A DNA stretch of 32,000 nucleotides. It comes from Mycobacterium sp. 663a-19. Lineage in GTDB: Bacteria; Actinomycetota; Actinomycetes; Mycobacteriales; Mycobacteriaceae. The stretch is from NCBI RefSeq assembly GCF_035616495.1, contig NZ_JAPJAV010000002.1, positions 127,762-159,761 of the forward strand, given 5' to 3'. A program made the translations under genes and the position numbers. Below, piece by piece: positions 25,965-32,000 of this stretch. Positions within the stretch are counted from its first letter, which is position 1. The number at the start of each line of letters is the position of its first letter. The notes beneath the pieces were generated by a model that worked only from the letters and a program-made list of their open reading frames with translations, was not told the DNA's origin and did not search any database.

Positions 25965-26876
25965 TCAGAGGGAATGTATTTGCTGCACCGGCAGCCGGGC
26001 GCCGCGCCGCGGCTCGTACGCCAGGCCGCTGGCTTCGAGCAGGCGGACCACCCGATGGCGGTGCGGCCGCATCGGCTCCAGCAACTCGAGCATCGCCGCG
26101 TCGTCGACCGGGCGGCCCAGCAGCGTCCAGCCGACCATCTTCGGGATGTGATAGTCGCCCACCGAGACGGCATCGGCGTCGCCGAACGCCCGTTGCGCGG
26201 TCTCGGAGGCGGTCCACTCGCCGACCCCGGGCAGCGACGTCAGCGCCTGGCGCGCCTGCGCCGGCGGCCGCGAAGGCAGCCGTTCCAGCGCGGCCGCCCG
26301 TCGCGCACAGCCCACCACGGTCTGAGCCCGTCGCGGGTCGACGTTGGCGCGGTGAAACTCCCACGACGGCACGTTGCGCCACGCCTCGGCCGACGGCGGC
26401 ACCCGCATGCCGGGCGGCGCCGGTCCCGGCGCCGGCGTCCCGTACCGCGACACCAGCACCCGCCACGACCGAAACGCGTCGGCACCGGGCACCCGCTGCT
26501 CGATGATCGCCGGGACCAGCGCCTCCAACACCCGCCCGGTGCGGCCCAGCCGCAGGTGCGGGACCCGTCGGTGCGCGGCGGCGACCGTCGGGTCGCGCGG
26601 CACGAAGTCCGAGGCGTCGTCCTCGGCACCCAGCAGCGCGGGCAGCGCGTCGAGGAACTCCTCGGCGCCGCCGCCCCACGCCTCGCAGCGGACGGCGTTG
26701 GCCGCGGCGCGGCTGATCCGCGCCACGACGGGCCCGCTGGGCAGCAGGCTGGTTTGCCAGATCGCGCCGTCGTCGGCGATCCGGAAACACGGATCCAGCG
26801 GGCCGCGGCGAAGCGGCGCCAGCGTGTGCCCGAAGCTGACGGTCCCGGCAAACGTCACCGTACGGGCACCGTTCAC
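25965..26876 (-). CDS. DNA-3-methyladenine glycosylase 2 family protein (AlkA-like HhH-GPD; Rv0142-like)
   Basis: ORF-track frame 25965..26915 has a TTG start. I prefer the GTG at 26876 (VNGARTVTF...), with GGAG 5 nt upstream. This also avoids overlap with the divergent gene. The HhH motif LPGVGEWTASETAQRAFGDADAVSVGD is present. Confidence 0.85.
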   Translation of the reverse strand: MNGARTVTFAGTVSFGHTLAPLRRGPLDPCFRIADDGAIWQTSLLPSGPVVARISRAAANAVRCEAWGGGAEEFLDALPALLGAEDDASDFVPRDPTVAAAHRRVPHLRLGRTGRVLEALVPAIIEQRVPGADAFRSWRVLVSRYGTPAPGPAPPGMRVPPSAEAWRNVPSWEFHRANVDPRRAQTVVGCARRAAALERLPSRPPAQARQALTSLPGVGEWTASETAQRAFGDADAVSVGDYHIPKMVGWTLLGRPVDDAAMLELLEPMRPHRHRVVRLLEASGLAYEPRRGARLPVQQIHSL

Positions 26877-26932
26877 GCGGACTCCGAACCCGATTGACCG
26901 GCCACTATTTTCCAAGACAGTATTGCGATGTG

Positions 26933-27316
26933 ATGACGCCGTTCGACAACCCGCATGCCGAACTGGCCTGGATGTTCCTGCAGAGCGTAAGCGAGGGCGG
27001 CGACACGGAGGAGGGTTTCGCGCTGCTGAGCGACGACTTCACCTACTGGAGCATCATCACCCGCGCGTGTTTCGACAAGGAGACGTTCCGGCGGGCCAAC
27101 GAGCGGCGCAGGCAAATCGTCGAGATCAACATCGACCTGCGGCGCTGCGTCACCGAGGGCGACACGGTGGTCGTCGAGGCGCAGGCCTCGGGAACGTCGA
27201 AGGACGGCGTCGAATACGACACCCCGTTCGTCTGCATCTTCGAGACCCGCGACGGGCAGATCGTGTCGATGCGCGAATACAGCGACACCAAGTCGGCCGC
27301 CGTGTTCACCGGTTGA
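26933..27316 (+). CDS. NTF2/SnoaL-like protein (Rv0141c-like)
   Basis: ORF-track frame 26894..27316. The start is uncertain: ATG 26933, GTG 26930 or TTG 26894, none with a good SD. The fold call comes from the C-terminal pattern (VVVEAQASGTSKDGVEYDTPFVCIFETRDGQIVSMREY). Confidence 0.75.
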   Translation: MTPFDNPHAELAWMFLQSVSEGGDTEEGFALLSDDFTYWSIITRACFDKETFRRANERRRQIVEINIDLRRCVTEGDTVVVEAQASGTSKDGVEYDTPFVCIFETRDGQIVSMREYSDTKSAAVFTG

Positions 27317-27329
27317 GCCCGATTGGGCC

Positions 27330-27710
27330 CTACCGATCCAAGACGCTGATCTCGGCCTTGTCGGGGTAGAAGGCGACGTGTCCGGCGATCGCCGCGACCG
27401 CCGGGTAGGGCTGCTCGTAGGTCCAGATCGCGTCCTGCACGGTGTCGCCGGCCGAGGTGGTCACGCTGTAGTAGCTGGCGTCGCCCTTGAACGGGCAGTG
27501 GGTGCTGGTGTCGGTGCGGGTAAGCCGGTCCCGCACCACGTCGCCCAGCGGAATGTATTGCACCGCAGGCAAAGTCGCCTCGCGCAATTCCAGTGCCGCG
27601 GTCGTGTCGGCGATCAGCTCGCCGTTGACGCGAACCTGCACCCGGCCCGGAGTCGGCTCGATGGTGATCGGGTGCCCGGCGCTGGGTTCTTTGATTTCCG
27701 GGTGGCTCAT
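27330..27710 (-). CDS. DUF427 domain-containing protein (Rv0140-like)
   Basis: 126-aa ORF with the DUF427 signature (GRVQVRVNGELIADT...THCPFKGDASYYSV...IWTYEQP). Confidence 0.9.
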   Translation of the reverse strand: MSHPEIKEPSAGHPITIEPTPGRVQVRVNGELIADTTAALELREATLPAVQYIPLGDVVRDRLTRTDTSTHCPFKGDASYYSVTTSAGDTVQDAIWTYEQPYPAVAAIAGHVAFYPDKAEISVLDR

Positions 27711-27774
27711 GCTCGGTCCCTCCTCAAGACGCGGATACGGGTTTCAACACCGGGCCGTGCTCAACGCTTCCCAA

Positions 27775-28623
27775 TCAGGCCGGCCCGAACGCGTAGCGAT
27801 GGTATTGCGCCATGTTGGCTACCGCGGGGACCAGCGACATGACCCTGCCCATCGCGCGGTATGCGCGCGGCAACCGCAAGAAATTGTCCGATTCGAACCA
27901 CCGCACCCAGGACAGCAACCGGATCCCGGGGACCGCCTCGAGGATGTCGCCGGGGCCCTCGATGCCCCAGCGCAGCGTCGATCCGGACCGGCGCACCACC
28001 GAGTTCATCCACTGCGACCTGATGCCCAGCCGGTTGAAGGCGTCGAACTGCAGCTCGCCGGACCCGAAGCCGTCGACGACCCGCCGCAGCAACGCCACGC
28101 CCTCGCGCTCGCTCAGGTACATGGTCAGGCCCTCGCCGATCATCAGCGCGGGCCGGTCGTGGGGAATCTGGGCAAGCCAGGCCGGATCGGTCACCGACGC
28201 GGCGACGACGTGGTGGTGCTCCGCGGCGGGGAAAAGCCGGCGGCACAGCGCGGCGACCTCGGGGTGGTCGACGTCGTACCAGTCCACCTGCGGACCCGGT
28301 TGAAGCCGGAAATAGCGGGTGTCCAGCCCGCAGCCCAGGTGCAGGACGACGGCACTGGGATGCGCGTCGAGGAATTGGCGCGCCCACGTGTCGAAGTGCG
28401 CCGTGCGGGTCGTCACCGACGGTGAATTGCGCGCGGTGATAGCGGTTTTCGCCCAGTCATAGTCGATCCGCTCGACGATCCCCTTGGCGTAGCGATCGCC
28501 CAGAATCGGGTTGGGCGCGTCGGCGTCGAGCGCCTTGGCGTACAGCGTCGCCAGCATCGTCTGCGGCGGTCCGTTGAGGTCGACACGAACTCGGTCCACC
28601 GGGCCGAGACTATTCAAGATCAA
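27775..28623 (-). CDS. Class I SAM-dependent methyltransferase (TcmP/LCM-like O-methyltransferase)
   Basis: C-terminal part of ORF-track frame 27775..29406 (…TMLATLYAKALDA...VVLHLGCGLDTRYFRL...). The start is uncertain: TTG 28623 overlapping the upstream stop (TTGA), GTG 28599 or ATG 28557. Confidence 0.8.
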   Translation of the reverse strand: MILNSLGPVDRVRVDLNGPPQTMLATLYAKALDADAPNPILGDRYAKGIVERIDYDWAKTAITARNSPSVTTRTAHFDTWARQFLDAHPSAVVLHLGCGLDTRYFRLQPGPQVDWYDVDHPEVAALCRRLFPAAEHHHVVAASVTDPAWLAQIPHDRPALMIGEGLTMYLSEREGVALLRRVVDGFGSGELQFDAFNRLGIRSQWMNSVVRRSGSTLRWGIEGPGDILEAVPGIRLLSWVRWFESDNFLRLPRAYRAMGRVMSLVPAVANMAQYHRYAFGPA

Positions 28624-29657
28624 TTGGGTTTGAAAAGATCGCGCGCCGCCGCCGGATCGCGCATCGCGGCCCAGAAGCGGGCGGCCTCGCGGATCGATTC
28701 CTCGACCGGGCGTGGCTCCCAGCCCAATTCGCGCATCGCCTTGCTGGCGTCGACGTCGGCCTCGGCGCGCATCATCCGCACCGACGTGAGGCTGAGTTCG
28801 GAGTCCTTGCCGGTGAGCCGGGCCCGCAGGCTGCCCAGCGCGCCCAGGGCGTAGAGCACCGGAACCGAGATCGAGCGTCGCGGCGGGGCGACGCCGGCCT
28901 CGTCGGCGGCGATGCGGATCACCTCCTTCAGCGGGATCATCTTTTCCGAGACGAGGTACCGCTCGCCGATCCGCCCGTATTCGGCGGCCAGGATCATCGC
29001 CCTGGCGGCGTCGTCGACTCCGACGACCTCCAGCTGGATGCCGTCCATCGAGAAGGGCAGCTTGCCGAAGACGGCGCCGGCGATGAACGCGCCGTGCGGG
29101 GTCCGGCCCCAGTCCCCGCTGCCGTAGGTCGTCGACACGCACATGGCGACGGCGGGCAGGCCGGTCTCGGCCACGTACCGCATCACCAGGTCTTCGGCCT
29201 GAACCCGGGACTGCACATACGGCGTCAGCCGACGGGGGTCGACAACGTCGTCCTCGGTCGCCACGTGGCCGTGGCGGCGGCCCACCGTCGCGTAGGTGCT
29301 GGTGAAGATGAACCGGCGCAGGCCGCGCTCCTTGGCCGCGACGTCGAGGACGTTGCGCAGCCCTTCGACGTTGGTGCGAAACAGCGGTGCCGGGTCGCGC
29401 AGCCACGCGCGGGTGTCGACGACGCAGTAGTACACGTCGTCGGCACCGTCCATCGCCTCGCGCAGCGTTTCAGAGTCGAACACGTCGCCGTGAAAGCGGG
29501 TCAGCTCGAGGTCGTCGATGGCGCGAGTGTTGGCGGTCGGGCGCACCATCGCCCGCACCTCGGCGCCCTCGGCGACGAGCTGGCGGGTGACATGCGACCC
29601 GAGAAAGCCGTTGGCGCCGATGACCAGCTTGGGCTTGGTACTCGCTTTCGGGCTCAT
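28620..29657 (-). CDS. NAD-dependent epimerase/dehydratase family (extended SDR; Rv0139-like)
   Basis: C-terminal 345 aa of ORF-track frame 28620..30071, starting at the ATG at 29657 (MSPKASTKPKLVIGANGFLGSHV...). It has a Rossmann GxxGxxG. The start overlaps the upstream stop (ATGA). Confidence 0.9.
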   Translation of the reverse strand: MSPKASTKPKLVIGANGFLGSHVTRQLVAEGAEVRAMVRPTANTRAIDDLELTRFHGDVFDSETLREAMDGADDVYYCVVDTRAWLRDPAPLFRTNVEGLRNVLDVAAKERGLRRFIFTSTYATVGRRHGHVATEDDVVDPRRLTPYVQSRVQAEDLVMRYVAETGLPAVAMCVSTTYGSGDWGRTPHGAFIAGAVFGKLPFSMDGIQLEVVGVDDAARAMILAAEYGRIGERYLVSEKMIPLKEVIRIAADEAGVAPPRRSISVPVLYALGALGSLRARLTGKDSELSLTSVRMMRAEADVDASKAMRELGWEPRPVEESIREAARFWAAMRDPAAARDLFKPN

Positions 29658-30163
29658 TTGAGCTCCTCGGCTCCTCCGTATTGCTGCATCCACCGCGCCG
29701 CGTCCTCGTCGAGCGTGCCGAGGGCCTGCGCCTTGCGGCACCACTTCAACCCGGCCCGCAGGAAGCGCAGCGGGTTGTAGATGTCCTCCTCGCGGCTCCA
29801 CAGGCCGTCGCCGGCGTAGGTGATGATCGTGATGTTGGTCGCGCCGATGACGCTGCCGTCGCCGGGGTCGCGCATCGGGTTGTCCAGCTCGAGGATCACC
29901 CGCCCGGTTGGGTCGTCGATGACCGACCACAGCGTCGGGAACGCGACCATGTGGCTGCCCGGGAACGTCGTCATCGTCCGCTTGATCCACTCGCGCACTT
30001 GATCGCGTCCGTGCATGGTGCCCGCCGCGTGTTCGATGTACTCGACGTCCGGCGTGTACTGCTCGGCCCACGCGTCCCAGTCCCGGGTTTCGGCGGCCCG
30101 GGCCACGGTCTCCTCGAATTTCCCGAAGGCGGCGGCCAGTTCGTCGCGGGAGAACGTGCTCAC
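29654..30163 (-). CDS. NTF2-like/SnoaL-fold protein (Rv0138-like)
   Basis: 169-aa ORF with a GTG start at 30163 and GAAGAGG upstream. Assignment rests on gene order (next to msrA and the epimerase) and size. Confidence 0.85.
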   Translation of the reverse strand: MSTFSRDELAAAFGKFEETVARAAETRDWDAWAEQYTPDVEYIEHAAGTMHGRDQVREWIKRTMTTFPGSHMVAFPTLWSVIDDPTGRVILELDNPMRDPGDGSVIGATNITIITYAGDGLWSREEDIYNPLRFLRAGLKWCRKAQALGTLDEDAARWMQQYGGAEELK

Positions 30164-30242
30164 GCGGGCCTCTTCGCAGCGTTGCGGCTCATCGGCGGAG
30201 TGTAGCCTGGGCTTCGTTGTGGGCGGCTAAGGAGTACAGGCA

Positions 30243-30758
30243 ATGACGAGCACTCGAAGGGCGATCCTGGCCGGCGGCTGCTTCTGGGGAATGCAGGACC
30301 TGATCCGCAAGCAGCCCGGTGTGATCTCGACCCGGGTCGGCTACAGCGGCGGCGACACCCCCAACGCGACCTATCGCAATCACGGCACGCACGCCGAGGC
30401 GGTCGAGATCATCTACGACCCCGCGGTCACCGATTACCGCGCGCTGCTGGAGTTCTTCTTCCAAATCCACGATCCGACAACGAAAGACAGGCAGGGCAAC
30501 GACCGGGGGTCCAGCTACCGGTCGGCGATCTTCTACACCGACGAGGAGCAGAAGAGGGTCGCGCTGGATACCATCGCCGACGTCGAGGCGTCCGGCCTGT
30601 GGCCCGGCAAGGTGGTGACGGAGGTGAGCCCGGCCGGGGACTTCTGGGAGGCCGAGCCCGAGCACCAGGACTACCTGCAGCGCTACCCCAACGGGTACAC
30701 CTGTCACTACGTGCGCCCGGGCTGGAAGTTGCCGCGCCGCGCCACCGCCGACCAATAG
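30243..30758 (+). CDS. msrA: Peptide-methionine (S)-S-oxide reductase
   Basis: 171-aa ORF with the active-site motif GGCFWG and the conserved YHQ/YL region ([13 protein letters not shown]). AAGGAG SD lies upstream of the ATG at 30243. Confidence 0.96.
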   Translation: MTSTRRAILAGGCFWGMQDLIRKQPGVISTRVGYSGGDTPNATYRNHGTHAEAVEIIYDPAVTDYRALLEFFFQIHDPTTKDRQGNDRGSSYRSAIFYTDEEQKRVALDTIADVEASGLWPGKVVTEVSPAGDFWEAEPEHQDYLQRYPNGYTCHYVRPGWKLPRRATADQ

Positions 30759-30779
30759 GCCGATCAATAGGCCGACCGC

Positions 30780-32000
30780 TCAGCGCCGGCGCACCACGAT
30801 CCGTCCCCCGTCCTTGGGGGTGTAGGCAACCCCGCGGCAGTGCCACCGCTCGCCCGGTGCCGACGTCGTCTCGATGGTGAAGTGGCGCAACACCGTTCGA
30901 AGCACCACGTCCATCTCCATGTTGGCGAACGCGGCGCCCACACAGCGCCTGGCGCCGCCGCCGAACGGAATCCACGCGAACGTCGGCGGCTTGGTTCCGA
31001 TGTAGCGGTGCGGGTCGAAGCGCTCCGGGTCGGGGAAGACGTCGGGGTCGTCGTGTATCTGCGCGATGCTGACGATCAGCGAATAGCCCCGCGGAATGGT
31101 CCATTCGCCGAGCTGGAAAACCGGCGGATAGACCCGGCGGGCGGCGAAGTCGATCACCGTCCTGGCCCGCTGCACCTCCAGGATCGTCGCCTGGCGAAGC
31201 TCGTTGCCGCCGCTGTCGGCCTCCTCCACCAGCGCGGCCAGCAGATCCGGGTGCCGGGTGATCCGCTCGAACGCCCAGCCGAGCGTGGCCGCGGTGGTTT
31301 CGTGCCCGGCCGCCAGCAGCGTGAGCAGCTCGTCGCCAATGTCCTTGCGCGACATGATCGAACCGTCGTCGTAGGTGCTGCGCAGCATCAGGGCGAGCAC
31401 GTCGGTCCGGTTCTCGAAGTCCGGGTCCGCCCGTTCGAGGTCGATCAGCTTGTCGATGACGATGTCGTATTGCCGCCGCCATTGCGCCAGCCGACCCCAC
31501 GGCGTGAACCGGCCATAGGTCCGCGCCGGCTTCGGCAGCGCCGCCATGCGCGAGCCCAGCGTGACCCACGGCGGGATGAGCCGGCGCAGCTCGTCGAGTT
31601 CGGCCCCGTCGGCCCCGAACACCGCACGCAGGATGGCGTTCAGCGTGATGCGCATCGTCGACGGCATCGTCGGGAATGGCCGGCCCTCCGGCCAGTCGGC
31701 CGTCTCGCGCAGCGTCTCCTCTTCGATGATGGCCTCGTAGTTCTTCATGCTCTTGCCGTGGAACGGCGGCGCGAGCAGCCGTCGCCGGCGGCGGTGATCG
31801 TCGCGGTCGAGCGCGAACACCGAGCCGCTGCCGAACAGCCGGCTCAGGTTGGGCTGGATGTTGCCGAGCTCGTCGGGGCTGGTGGTGAAGATCTGCTTGG
31901 CCAGCTCGGGCTCGCCGACGATCACGACGCGGCCGAACATCGGCAGGTGGACCGCGAAGACGTTGCCGTAGCGGCGCGCGAGGCGCTTGATCATCCCCCG
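30780..32000 (-). CDS. cyp138: Cytochrome P450 (Cyp138-like), N-terminus beyond the window edge
   Basis: The frame is open to position 32000. It has heme-binding FGGGARRCVGAAFA, I-helix AAGHETT and ExxR (EVQR). It is near-colinear with recalled Mtb Cyp138 from residue ~38 onward, so the ATG at 31994 is probably internal. Confidence 0.93.
   Translation of the reverse strand, partial: RGMIKRLARRYGNVFAVHLPMFGRVVIVGEPELAKQIFTTSPDELGNIQPNLSRLFGSGSVFALDRDDHRRRRRLLAPPFHGKSMKNYEAIIEEETLRETADWPEGRPFPTMPSTMRITLNAILRAVFGADGAELDELRRLIPPWVTLGSRMAALPKPARTYGRFTPWGRLAQWRRQYDIVIDKLIDLERADPDFENRTDVLALMLRSTYDDGSIMSRKDIGDELLTLLAAGHETTAATLGWAFERITRHPDLLAALVEEADSGGNELRQATILEVQRARTVIDFAARRVYPPVFQLGEWTIPRGYSLIVSIAQIHDDPDVFPDPERFDPHRYIGTKPPTFAWIPFGGGARRCVGAAFANMEMDVVLRTVLRHFTIETTSAPGERWHCRGVAYTPKDGGRIVVRRR

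Overview
High-GC actinobacterial chromosome, almost certainly a slow-growing Mycobacterium: it carries a PE-family gene and PtpB, PntAa/Ab/B, Cyp138 and MsrA homologues. All homology calls come from reading the translations and from memory; no searches were run. The window is gene-dense, with about 37 CDS (one truncated at the right edge) and no rRNA, tRNA, CRISPR or IS element. From about 6.8 kb onward the gene order is colinear, inverted, with my recollection of M. tuberculosis H37Rv Rv0161 down to Rv0136. Relative to that order there are several apparent insertions and deletions. Observations not explained by the CDS list: (1) a 28-bp bipartite motif (CGTGACAC-N11-TTYGTAAAG) present three times, each 7-10 nt upstream of an ATG, linking a divergent thioesterase/F420-LLM/ACAD and lactonase/hotdog/TetR cluster; (2) two copies of a ~65-nt palindromic REP/terminator-like element bracketing pntAa-pntAb-pntB plus a DUF1348 gene; (3) an unlisted 41-codon ORF with a strong SD between pntB and a TetR gene; (4) a SigF-type promoter upstream of dps, within a glycosylase-dps-pirin-TetR stress islet; (5) tandemly duplicated SAM-methyltransferases; (6) several operator-like palindromes in divergent promoter regions. 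None of this is a clearly new system; the TetR-linked catabolic module and the palindromic elements are the best leads.
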